DNA of 63,125 nt, counting the filler, from Bigelowiella natans CCMP2755 (lineage: Eukaryota; Protista; Cercozoa): the NCBI GenBank assembly GCA_000320545.1. It is 5 parts of 5 records of this genome, joined end to end, with 100 filler letters (N's around TTAATTAATTAA, not from the genome) between each part and the next. Parts side by side here need not be neighbours in the genome. Positions count along the whole stretch, not along the records: positions 1 to 27,504 come from ADNK01002266.1; 4 more parts are not named here. One strand, written 5' to 3'. Shown here piece after piece: positions 1 to 11,331 of this stretch. The first letter of the stretch is position 1. Each line of letters starts with the position of its first letter. The notes under the pieces are model-generated. The model was not told the DNA's origin, ran no database searches, and saw only the letters and a program-made list of their open reading frames with translations. Position numbers and translations under genes: made by a program.

Positions 1-129
1 AAAAGTTTTCCCGTTGTGCTTGCCCGAATGGGAAAAGCAACGCAAATGAATTTTTTTTCCCCCCTTTTCAACCCCCCCCCCCCCCCCCCTCTCTCTCTCC
101 CCCTCTCACTCTGCACACAAACATAAACA

Positions 130-1345
130 CGCAAGTATAAAGCGTTGATCGTATACCACATTGAATGTGCGGTCGTTTCGTCGGAACGTCAGCGCATTGA
201 CCATGTAGAAGTAATCGCTATTCCTGGCAAAAGCCATCTTGGTGGAAATAGGAAACGTAGCTTCATGATGCTCTTGTAGCTGAATAATGTCGTTTGCACC
301 GTTCCCCCTGTCATTGCTGCTAATGCGTGTCAGGGGCTCCTCTGGGGCCTCAATAAACAAGGATGATACCTGCGTTATTGCACCGCGACGATCATTTACA
401 GAACGATCCAAGCATCATAAAGAAGCGATGATGAAGAGTGAAGAAATGAAGATTAAGAGGGGGCTGATGATGATGATAATGATGATGATGACGATGATGA
501 TGATGGTGATTGTTATAATGATGGGGGTGGGTGGTGGTGGCTTTGCTGGCTGGATTATAATGCTAATGAGGATGAAAATGCTGTATATAATAACCATTAA
601 CGGTAATAATGTAGGCTATTTGCCTTTCAAAAGTAGAGATTATCTTTCTACATACTTCCCCCTGCTCTCCCTCCCTTTTCGTTCTCAATGCTAAATAGGG
701 CAGACCCCTTCACAATTACAAGTATGTGGAAATCATTATTGTTCCTATGTCTCTGCCCTCCAAACTCCATCCTGTTAATGCGTTGGGAAGGGGGGGGAGG
801 GGGGGTGATATATCGACCAAAACATACGACATTCAGGAGTATACCCGTGGGTGTATTAGTGCAAGTACGTGATTCTACTGCTTTCATCATCCAATAGCTA
901 TGTTCTCCAGCTTTCTCTCTTACACCACTAAGTTATTTTCAATCGTTCCCTATCGAAAATCTTCTTCTTCTTCTTCTTCTTCTATTTTCTCTAAATTGCA
1001 TCGTGGGTTCATTCTGTGCATTGTTACTGCTGACTGCTTCTACACAAGCCACCCACTCACCGGAAGAAGGGGACGCCAGTCTCTGGGAGATGGCATATAT
1101 ATCTGATTGAGCAGAAGGATTTTTATCACCGGCCGACCCAAGTTGGTTTGAGATCTCTACCTTTCTTCCCTCCCCCCCTTCACCCCCCCCCCCTTTCAGT
1201 GAGCACAAGCACCACGGCAAGCACCCAAACGGTTGTTTTTTTTTTTGATTTGTGAAGTTGGCGAAAATACTGTGCGCATATCTCGAGAATGGAATAAGGA
1301 GCTTCCTCCCAGAGAGTCCCCTGCTCGTGACAGATTCAATCGTAT

Positions 1346-1391
<46 letters not shown>

Positions 1392-1442
1392 CAACCCACA
1401 GCTGTGTGTAATTCTAGTAATTATCATATTTATCTTCTACTT

Positions 1443-1473
<31 letters not shown>

Positions 1474-2413
1474 AACCAACACTACTACTACTTCTAGAAC
1501 TGCAAGCACAACGACAAGTTTCTATCCTTACTTTAAAGCTCTTATCACGTATATCTTCCACCAACCGAGATCGTGCTTGCGCACCCTAACAAAGAGCAGC
1601 ATGGTGCTCATATCTGGTTTCAGTTGTTAAGGCAGAGAATATTTGTATTTGGGGGGGGGGGAAGGAGGAGGAGGGGAGGAGTACTACACCGCATCTTCAA
1701 TATAAGTTACTCAAGTATACTACTAATCACAAATAATGCAGTTATTGGGACTATGTTATGCCCCCCCAACCCCCCGACGTGACCGTGTAGAACTACCTCA
1801 TTGGTTTTTGCAAAGGAAATCTGCACAACTACTACATTGTCTGAAGGGACTGCTCTATCTGGCGTATTTCTGTTGTTTGCCGCAAAGAGGACAACAAAGG
1901 CAAACAAGAAGAGGCATTACACCAAGCATCACGCAAAGGCCATAAGCAATGAAAGCTAATGGTAATCGATAGTATAGCAGTAGTAGGACAGGGAGGAGGA
2001 CGGGAAGGAGGAGAAGAAGGTGAAGCAATAGGAGAGCGGGATTGCGTTTAACGCAATGATACATACCTATGGCTATCTTGCATCATCTTTCCTCGAAACA
2101 GATCGATTTGGGAATGAAACCTATCGTTGCGTCGTTATATATAAGCGTTCTCAAATCAACACCGGTGACGGAGCGCTGTCAGTGTGGATTTCATTCGACA
2201 TTCTGTCATCTAGATCATTGGCCTTGAGGGGGGGGGCAAACATCATCACGCGAGAGTGGAAGAGGGGGGTTTATGTAAAGGCGTGTATGGCATTTCCTAC
2301 TGGTTTTTGTTAGAGTCGTCTTGCAAAGGAGGGAGTAGCAGCGTATTGCTAGGAAGGTGCTAGTAGTGTGTAAATCCCTCTCACCACCACCACCGCCATA
2401 ACCATCAACATAT

Positions 2414-2451
<38 letters not shown>

Positions 2452-2971
2452 AGAGCAATCAGAATGCTACTCCTTGATACTACCTCTTTCGATCAGAGTC
2501 TGTTTCTGTGCGACTTAACTTAAAAACAGCACAGAGGGTACAAGGGGGTGAGGGGAATAAAAATTTGAATATCTTCTTGCTAGCACATTTCAAGATGCGC
2601 CCTCCCCACCCCCCTCGAAAAGTTTGATATTGCAGTTTGCTGGAATTATTCTTCACCTTGTTCTCCTCCTTTCTGATGATATACCATCTATTCAATATCG
2701 ATCGCAAACGTTCCACCTCTTCGCTGCGATAAATTTACAAAAAAACCGACTGTCACTACACCTCCTTTGTCGGGCGTTTTCCGTGCATGGTGCGAGCGAT
2801 TTTGAAGCAAATATATGTTTCAACTGGATTGTTCTCTTGTGCCGATGCTTGTCTTCTTCTTCTTCTGTATCGTTGTCTCAATTCTTCTTATAAAACTCTT
2901 CACAACTGTGCGACGATGTTGCTCCTTATATTACTCATAACCAGAGGACATGTTGGGCGAAGAAGGTATTC

Positions 2972-3011
<40 letters not shown>

Positions 3012-3209
3012 CACTCACACTCACTACTGCTCCTACCTGTGGAAGTTACGCAGCAATATGCCTCTCGTCTTTCGCTGCTGCATGGCTTTGTCGTACATGT
3101 TCAGATTGCCTTGGGGTAGCAGTTATAGTGTAGGATTATATTGGTGTATACGTGCACTTACATGTGTGAATGATATCAGCGCGCGCGTGTGTATAATTGT
3201 GTGTATGTT

Positions 3210-3249
<40 letters not shown>

Positions 3250-3809
3250 TTCTCTTGCACCTCCAAAAACGTATTTATCAACTCTCCATCATCATATATT
3301 CCCCTCCCCAATCCTCCCCCTCTACCTCTGCCATCTTCCCTTTACTACCACTACTACTACTACAACTACTACCTTTCACCCAGTTGGCCATCTCCTCAAC
3401 TGTCTGGCATCGATCAGATACGTCGTATAGAGAGTTGTCAAAACCCCTCTTTACGCCCTGGGTGGGGGGGGGGGGAGGGAATCCAACAATTAAGGAATCA
3501 TACATCAGCAGCTGCCACCGTTCTTGTCGAAGGCTATTGGTTAATATGCACAACAGGAGCTACTATATCGACGACCGATACAACTACAATAACAATACCA
3601 ACGACTACTACTACTGCTACTACTACTACAGCTGGTGGTGGTGGTGGTGGTGGTGGCGGTGCTGGTACCTTATTCTTTCGCTGGCACTCCTCGCACAGCC
3701 GTCTTGTCTTCCTGCTTGTTCGTTAAATCAGGCAACCAACAATTACAACAACAACAACAACAACAACAACATCATCATGATCGATTCACCTGCAGCACAA
3801 GAAATCCCG

Positions 3810-3844
<35 letters not shown>

Positions 3845-3847
3845 CTA

Positions 3848-3882
<35 letters not shown>

Positions 3883-4663
3883 TTGTCCTTTAAATTCGAG
3901 TGCTGTGTCGTTTTGGACTGGTCTAGTCTGCTCTTTCTAATCAATAACAAGGCACATCTCTTTCTTCCTCTTAGCCCCTTTGATGATGATGCTGCTGCTG
4001 CTATTGCTGGGATATGACCTTCGTTGCGTTTTATTGAACGACGATGGGTCAAGCCGTCTCCGGCACTGAATGCAGAGCAGCAGCTTTGATTCATCCATTT
4101 GCGACGATGACGCGCCCTGGATATATGAGGTGGTAGTTGGCTTATGATTAGATGTACGTTGAATATGTAAAAGGAGGAGAAATAAAGCTATATAAGTAAC
4201 ATCCTGCAATACATGGCATTAGATGGTTTTCTTATCCCCCTCCCCCGCCTCGACTCCCTCCTCCGTAATTTATAGATTTATGCAAGCAGCTAATTGGCGT
4301 GGGGTGATGACACGAACATGGGGCTGATGCTTGGAAGGCTGTTGTTGTCGCGAGGACGTGTGTCTTTTTTTCTTTCGCCTACTCTTCCTCTTCCTCTCCT
4401 TCGTATTTGATAACGAGAGAAACGACCCGATAACACTAATGTCATCTTAGATAAAGAAAGAAGGGGGGGGGAGGGCGATGTCAAGGGGTATGAATATAAG
4501 AGATACTCCGCACATGCAGTAGAGTTGGCTACAAACTAAATGCGTCGATTTGATACTTTCCAATACTTTCGCCGCCTCTTTGCTATCGAGGTGCTGATCG
4601 GCATCCTCGCCATATTTCGTTGGACGATTGCTTCTATTTTGTTGCTGAGAAGTGTGAAAATTA

Positions 4664-4695
<32 letters not shown>

Positions 4696-5530
4696 CTATA
4701 TATATACTCAATCTATCTTCTCCCAGTCTCATATTTGCATAAGTAGACGTGAACGACGTGACGCGTTCAAGACGCATTGCGAGAATCCCTATTTATCTTC
4801 GCTAAGACCACCTCATCGGTTGCCTTTGAGTCTCCTCCGGCATTTGTACTTGTAGGCAAAGCAGCAGAAGGAACAACCTTGCACACTAGCTGAATATCCA
4901 CAACTGCATATATAGCAAACGACGATGGAAACAAAGGCGACGGGAGCCAATAAGAACGAGCAGCATTGGTGGGTTAGAACAAAGAATCGATATTTTGAAA
5001 GAATGGTGAGCTGTAGTGCCGGAATTATATCTAGTTCAAACCACCTCGATCTAGGTTTTCGGCCTCGATATAATCCTTCAATCTTAAGTCTGGCACACAG
5101 CATTATGCACAACAATGTGAGTGTTATTCATTCCCCCTAATTATCAGTCAAACATGCCGTCCACAGCCCAACGAAGAATACCGTTGCTGGTGCATCTTCC
5201 TCGTATGAAAATGATCTGTTCGGATGGATGCGGAGGCTGCAGGTCCCACACCCTGTGCCAGCCATTCCGCTCGTTCCATGACTAGTGGATATATATCGAC
5301 TATCACGTCAAAGCATCGATTACGCAAAACATGCAGCTTGTTGCCGACCTTAAATATCATTGCCTTAACGTCTCTTATTCGCTGAAAGGGCTAATCAGAG
5401 GGAAACAGCAGCTCTTAGCAACGCACATCAACACGAGCAAGCTGCAGCTTTCTACCGAGAATGGACCGCACACCGCCCTTTCAGTCCAGATCCCCGCGTC
5501 GTGCGTCATCACTCGAAGTAATAAGGGCAT
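130..5530 (-). CDS. Multi-exon uncharacterised protein (3' end runs off or near the window start); contains a CxxC...CxxC Stc1-like zinc module
   Basis: Series of minus-strand coding-like segments bounded by AG/GT and separated by microsatellite introns, e.g. VSSLFIEAPEEP... (about 369-134), GASSSQMDESKLLLCIQCRRRLDPSSFNKTQR (about 4115-4020), RKTRRLCEECQRKNK (about 3711-3669). Start ATG at 5530 is tentative; this could be more than one gene. Confidence 0.45.
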
Positions 5531-5935
5531 CCTCTTTTTACAAGGCCGAAAGCGCCGCCTAGGTGCCTCGTCGGTGGGCAGTGCGCCCTTTAGACAGGGG
5601 GGAGGAGGGGCGGAATGTAAAGGAAGTCTCTTCTGCGTGCCGATCAATTTCTGGAAATACTCATTGAATGAGTTAACAAAATGCCGAAATATTATGCCAA
5701 GGCGCACGGACAAAACGGCATGCATTTTTATGTCTATTCCACATCGAATTTGCAAGGAAATGCATGCATGGGATGGCTTCCAAATCGAGCATGCAACGTA
5801 CTAGCGTAACTCATCATTGTTTGAAACGTTCATGCACAGAGACTAGGAGAAACTATTTAGCCATGCTAGCATCTAGTCATGTCAAGGACTGCAACATTCG
5901 GAAAAACGGGCTTCCAAGCGCTCCCCGAATGCAGC

Positions 5936-5939
5936 AGGT
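5936..5939. repeat. Target-site duplication AGGT (partner at 11658-11661)
   Basis: AGGT immediately before TG at 5940 and immediately after CA at 11657. Confidence 0.85.
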
Positions 5940-6265
5940 TGTTGCGCGTAAGGTGTTCACAGGCCGAGGCGCTACGTGCACAAGTAGGCAGGGGGGGGGA
6001 AAGGCACGTTTGCTTCCTTTTGAAGAGTTGTGTTTATTTTTATTAAAGATTATATTTTTATTAAATCGTGCACTGCGTAATCATTCGCGAAGCTTTCGCG
6101 AATGCCGCCGCACGTGGGGCAGCACACTTCCGGTGTGCTGCCATGAGTCCCGCCGGAACCCACGTGCCTATGCTGTATTAATATCTACGTTATCTATATT
6201 CTATATCCGCGACAACCCCTTTGTTGTCGCACGTGACTTGTGCCCGCGTAGTGGTACGCGCTACA
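5940..6265 (-). repeat. 3' LTR (326 bp)
   Basis: Starts TGTTGCGCGTA and ends TACGCGCTACA (10/11 terminal inverted repeat). No difference from 11332-11657 seen by eye. AATAAA motifs on the minus strand. Confidence 0.95.
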
Positions 6266-6310
6266 CCTCCCCCAAGTCACGTTGCTCCTTCCTTCCTTCC
6301 TTATTCCCTT
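6266..6310 (-). promoter_or_regulatory. Polypurine tract
   Basis: Minus strand AAGGGAATAAGGAAGGAAGGAAGGAG...GGGGGAGG directly abuts the 3' LTR. Confidence 0.8.
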
Positions 6311-6316
6311 AGACCT

Positions 6317-8404
6317 TCATCGCTTTCGGAACTTCACCAACCACCAGGTAATAGATTCCTCTCTAACCTTATCTCCTTTGTCGCTTACCCAGAACTCACC
6401 TTCGTCCTTAGGTTCGTGTCCATACCAGCCCTCTGCATCAAGGTCCCCCAGGACCTTATACCAGTGCTCAAAGGGTAAGTCGGGAACAGCTAGGTAGAGT
6501 AGCTGATATTTTCCGTCCTTTATTTTCATAGCTACCCTCTCCATATTTCGTAATCCAGGGTAGCCTAGATAGACAATCTTCATGCGCCAATCGTCGTTCA
6601 CCCTGACCTTATTGTTTCCATATTCCACATCGAACTTAGGTCGGGGTCCTAAACAAGGCATTGCTCGCTCCCACACAGTAGGGTTTACTTTAACATCCTC
6701 TAGGAGCTTCTCACCGATATCATAATTCTTTAGGTGACTGATGTGGCGCAAGGTGACCCTGTTCCCATCATAGATGTAGTACTGCTTCCTCCCCTTCCTC
6801 TCGGTAACCTTTGCAACGCCACCCCAGAAGGGGTCTTGTTTATTTCTCGATCTCAGATTTACCTTGGCCCTAACATACTGTCCTTCCTTTAGAACTCGGC
6901 CATCGTACGGGACCTTCTCGTCTTCGCTCTCGGTATCGTCGTCGTTGTCGTCGCCTTCTTCCCTCTCCTTATCCTTGATACCTCCCCCAGACGTGAAGGT
7001 GTCGTTTACTAACCCTTGTATCTTGTCTGGTGTGGTGCTATTTATCCTGCTTAGGTTGGCCAAGGTGCGGTGGAGTCGCTCTACCTTGGAGTTGGACTGG
7101 GCATAGTATACAGGTGAGGCATCAATATTAGGGTGTGGTAGCTGTAGAAGAGAGGTCTCATTATCCACATGTAACTTCTTTGGTATCTTGTTTATGCTAA
7201 CTTCATCAGGGATAGCCTGGAGCTCAGACTCCCAGGTACGGTAGCAGTTAGTAAGCCTCTGCTTATATAAGCCTTTGTTCTTCTTAGCAACGTTGACCTT
7301 GATAATCTTTTTAACCCAGCACTTTCCAGTGGCCACATCAACGAAGGTAAGGTAGTGATAGCCATCGTACTTATAAACATCAATTTGCACGATATCTAAG
7401 AAGTTCCTTGCTTTGATTTTCTTAGATGCACGGCTCTTGCTGGACTCCTTGGTGGCGACGCCTGCCGCCTTCAAGCTGGAGCACCTGCAGCCACGCAGGT
7501 ATGTCCTTATCTCTTTTAGCTTGTAGGGCCAGTAGTAATGGTAGAGTAGAGCAGTGATATGGTTTTCTCCTACGTGTGCAGGTCCATGGGCGGTAAAGAG
7601 AATGGCTCCCCTGGTCCGCCGTGGCACGTAGGTACGCCTAACATTATTAGTGTATACATATATCCTATCACTAAGTACCTCATGCTTGTGTTTGTATTTA
7701 TCCAGGTGTTCTTGAAGGTGCTGGAGCTCCTCTGGCTCAGGCAGGAAGTCGCCGTCCTCGAAGGTAATCGCGTTAACCATAGGGGTGACCTGGGTAGGGA
7801 CTTTCTTTTCGAACAGCCTGCTGAAATAGTCAGCAAGCTGCTTGTCTCCTGGTGCGTAGACCACTGTCCTCTTGTCCCTAAACTCTTCCGTGTCCGCCCT
7901 CATAGCTGCATACTCATCGTTAGGCGCTTCGAGCTTGCGGTCGATGCCTAGGAGGGGCTTGTGGTCAGTCATTAAGGTGAAGCTGGGCACCGACAGCAGG
8001 TAGTATCTTAGTTTCCTCTGCGCCTCAGTCATGGCTTTATACTCTCCTTTTGTAGGGCTGTACTTGGCCTCAGCTGCTGTGCAGGCCCTGCCCCACACCC
8101 GTATGATCTGCTGGTCTTGGGTAAGTACAGCAGCCATACCTAGCTTAGACCAGTCTGTCCATAGGGTAGCTGGTCTAGTAGTGTCTAGCTTAGCATTCAA
8201 TAGGGTGTTGCTGCATAACTTTATTAGGTTATCGAAGTGGGCATCAAGGCCAGCCTTGGCCCACACCTTAGCGAAGCTGAGGCCTACAGAGTTCTCCTTC
8301 CGGTAAGCAGTAGTAAAAGCAGCTGCAGTCCTAGCGTAGGTAGGGGAGAACCTACGTAGTATCCAAGCTGCAGTCTGCAAGAATGACTTTAACTCCTTTT
8401 GCAT
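6317..8404 (-). CDS. pol: RT thumb, RNase H, DDE integrase, GPY/F-like module and C-terminal MTase-like domain
   Basis: RNase H LWTDWS...YSPTKGE...TDHKPL...LADYFSR; integrase AHGPAH...CRC, QID/HVDNE/SNSKVERLHRTL; KQDPFWGG...RHISHLK. Confidence 0.93.
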   Translation of the reverse strand: MQKELKSFLQTAAWILRRFSPTYARTAAAFTTAYRKENSVGLSFAKVWAKAGLDAHFDNLIKLCSNTLLNAKLDTTRPATLWTDWSKLGMAAVLTQDQQIIRVWGRACTAAEAKYSPTKGEYKAMTEAQRKLRYYLLSVPSFTLMTDHKPLLGIDRKLEAPNDEYAAMRADTEEFRDKRTVVYAPGDKQLADYFSRLFEKKVPTQVTPMVNAITFEDGDFLPEPEELQHLQEHLDKYKHKHEVLSDRIYVYTNNVRRTYVPRRTRGAILFTAHGPAHVGENHITALLYHYYWPYKLKEIRTYLRGCRCSSLKAAGVATKESSKSRASKKIKARNFLDIVQIDVYKYDGYHYLTFVDVATGKCWVKKIIKVNVAKKNKGLYKQRLTNCYRTWESELQAIPDEVSINKIPKKLHVDNETSLLQLPHPNIDASPVYYAQSNSKVERLHRTLANLSRINSTTPDKIQGLVNDTFTSGGGIKDKEREEGDDNDDDTESEDEKVPYDGRVLKEGQYVRAKVNLRSRNKQDPFWGGVAKVTERKGRKQYYIYDGNRVTLRHISHLKNYDIGEKLLEDVKVNPTVWERAMPCLGPRPKFDVEYGNNKVRVNDDWRMKIVYLGYPGLRNMERVAMKIKDGKYQLLYLAVPDLPFEHWYKVLGDLDAEGWYGHEPKDEGEFWVSDKGDKVREESITWWLVKFRKR

Positions 8405-8765
8405 TCTTAGGTTTAGGGGCTTGCTGTAGTGCTGCTACTTTCTCGGGGTTTGGGGTGATGCGGCCTTGCTCCAGGTAATATCCACACCACTTGATTCTTG
8501 TAGCTAGGAATGTACACTTCTGCAGTCTAATAGTAAAACCGAAGTGTGCAAACCTAATAAATATATTTTCCAGGAGGAAGATCTGAGCGACGACTGTGTT
8601 GGTACATATTATGTCATCATCCACATACACAAACACAAACACCCACAACACAGACGCCATCCCATCATGTGTGTATGCCCTGTAGTTCTGACTACTGAAC
8701 GCATCCCCTGATATGCTTAGGCCGTAAGGGAATACGACGAAGTGCCACTTCCCTGTGCCTGCTGG
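8405..8765 (-). CDS. pol: Reverse transcriptase core (frameshifted segment)
   Basis: GKWHFVVFPYGL...VYVDDDII...KCTF...WCGYYL...ITPNPEKVAAL within ORF 8352-8822; YxDD catalytic motif. Confidence 0.92.
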
Positions 8766-11292
8766 AGAACGCGGTAATGGGGCGGGAGGTTTTGTGGATG
8801 GGTGTCTGCATGTATGATTCATTTTTATCTAGGGAAGAGTAGTATTTGTATCCTATGACGTGTTCAATAACGTCATCTATCCTTGGTGTAGGTGTCTGGA
8901 TCCTCTTTATTACTCGGTTGTGGCGGATGAAGTTGTGCGCCAGGCGGAAGAAAGGGTAAGTAGGTTTCTTAGCTAGCACATGTCTCACGTTCCATGGTGA
9001 GTTGCTTGGCTCTATCTTCCCTTCCTTTGCCCATTCATTGATCTGCCACTCTATCTTTTCCCAGTCCGCTTCCGGTCGCCTATGTTCTGGGTCATTGATG
9101 ATGCACTCTTCGTATCCCTTCTTTAGCTCGATCTTTACTGGGGTAAGCTTGCTGGAGGGCTTCGTCGTCGGCTTGGTGATGTCAGAGTACTTCTCGTTTA
9201 ATATTTTATTAATGTACTTTTTGCCTTTGTCGATATCCCAATCATCAGCTGGGGGGGTCTTGTCCAGTAGCTCCGTTATCTGTCGGATGGTCTTGCCGGG
9301 GTTCTTCTTCCGTAGCTCGGTAGGTGTAGGTAGCTTGTTGTCCGCTAGGTCCATAAACTCTAACGCATTAACGCTTGACTCAGAGGTCCACTCGTCAAGC
9401 CGTATCATGTTCTGGCTGATGGTCCTGCCTGACTTCTTTGGCAACTTAGCAAAGTATATCTTGTGATTGTAGAATGATATGATCCCCCCTAATTTTTCTA
9501 GGGCATCCTGTCCGAGGAGTAGTTCCATGGATAAAGTCATGGCTACTCGGGTCTTGATTTGGGTCTCCGCGTCGCTGCCAGGTATCTGTAGCTTTAGCAT
9601 TAGCTCACCGACGGTCTTCATGGAAGAGCTTCCGTCTGCTTGAGCATATTTACGTTCTTTCTTAGTCACTTGATCCAATAGTCCTAACCTTCTTACTGTG
9701 CTTAGGCTTATGAAGGACTTCGGCATGCTGCCACTATCCCAAAGGGCAGGTAGTTTCTTGTAGTCTCCGTAGCTGTCTTTAACTTTAACCTTGGTCATAG
9801 CAACTTTGATAGTCCTGTTAGCGTCTTCGTCATTAATGTTGCATACTCCTAAGTTCTTTATGTCGTCTAGGGTCATGGGCTTGTCTTGGTCCTGCGTTGC
9901 TGGTACTGCTGTCTTCGTCGGCGCCTGCTTAAGGTGATCTAATATTCCGTTTATCTGCTGCTGTATAGCATTGATACTGTTCTGCTTTTTGTTCTTATAT
10001 TTATTGTTCTTCCCGTTGTTGCTGCCTTGCCATTTGCTGTTGTTATATCCTTGTCCTCTGCCTTTCTTTCTCTTTAACTTCTCGTAGTGTTCGTTGAGCT
10101 GCCTGATCGTCATCCTGGGTCGTCCTTCTTTCCTGTCTCTGCAGTCTTTAGCGGTGTGTTTCCCTTTACGTGAGCAGTATCCGCAACGTCGGTTACCTTC
10201 CCTGTCCTTGTACCAGTCTCGCTGCGGCTTAATAGCGTTAATGTTTCCTATGCCAGGTACCTTAGGGCTGGTAAACTTGCGGTCCTGCTCCTGCTCGCGT
10301 AGGGATATAGCCTGCACTGCTGCCTCCATCGTGGTGTAGCCTTTCTCCGTAACGTAAGTGGATTCCTTTATCTTTAACTTGAACTCTTCAAACCTTGCCT
10401 GATCATCACCTGTGTTGTAATTAAAATCATGTAGTTCGTCGATCATATCCTGGAAGCGCGTGGCAAAGTCTCTAACAGGTTCTCTCTCATGCTGCATCAT
10501 TGCTCTGTATTTTCTAATAGCCTGGGGTAGGGAGTTAGCATCCTGTTCATTTACAAAAGCCTTCATTATCGCCTCAACGTCTCGTAGCCCACTAACTGTA
10601 GTGTGTATTTTCTCTAGCTGCCTGATCCGGGTCCTGCCTGTCTCGTAAAGGTCCATGGCTTGCTTTATTATAGCTAGCCATTTGAGCTTGTCGTTTTCGG
10701 TGGGGTTAGGGGTAAAGTCGCAGAGTATACTCCTAGCGTTCTTCCACCACCTCCTTGCCTCACCTCTTTTCCCGTTGTATTTCGTTATCATAACCGGTGC
10801 TGTTTTAACAGACATGAACTGGGTGTTCCGCTGTACCGGCTGCTGCTGCTTGACGGTGCTCTGGGTCGTCCCCCGCGAGGCGCCCAGACCCCCGTCGTTC
10901 CTAAACAAAGCTGCCCACTCTGGAGGTAAGTCTGCTTCGTAATCCATGATGTCCTGCATGATAGCTGCCCAAACATCATGTGTCTGATACTTGTATTCTA
11001 TCGATACTTTCAGTTTGGCGTAGTTGCTCGCCCTGGGTCGCAAGGCTCGTAATGCCATTACGACCTTCTTGCTTTCGGCGGCCACGTCCTCGTCGTCCGC
11101 CTCGTAGAAGTTCTCCAGTGCCTCTGCTGCTGCATCTGCTTTCTTAATCCCGGGTGCTGGTCCCGGCGGTGCCTGTGGAGGTGTTCCTCCTCCTTCCTTA
11201 GCGTCCGTATCGCCCTTCCTTTCCTGTTTCTGCTCGTGCCCTTGCACGGCCTGCGAGCCAAAGTCCTGCTGTTCTTCTAGCTGCTGTGACAT
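8765..11292 (-). CDS. gag-pol: Gag + aspartic protease + N-terminal RT (single frame)
   Basis: Zinc knuckle CGYCSRKGKHTAKDC, protease ALWDSGS...LLLGQDAL, RT start IEPSNSPWN...YSSLDKNESY...ITAFS. Homology moves to another frame at about 8765. Confidence 0.92.
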
Positions 11293-11308
11293 TGTTAGTC
11301 AAATCGTT

Positions 11309-11326
11309 TCCCGTTTGTGGAAGCCA
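11309..11326 (-). promoter_or_regulatory. Candidate primer-binding site TGGCTTCCACAAACGGGA
   Basis: Minus-strand TGG-starting 18-mer 5 nt downstream of the 5' LTR; complement ends ...GCCA like a tRNA 3' end. The cognate tRNA was not identified. Confidence 0.55.
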
Positions 11327-11331
11327 AAGGT

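Noticed and set aside
287-4094. Many ORFs with poly-YI, HT, CV, M or L runs
   Set aside because: Translations of intronic microsatellites, not proteins.
5764-6312. Plus-strand ORFs repeated at 5764, 11315 and (minus) 46728
   Set aside because: Chance reading frames through the LTR, antisense to the element.
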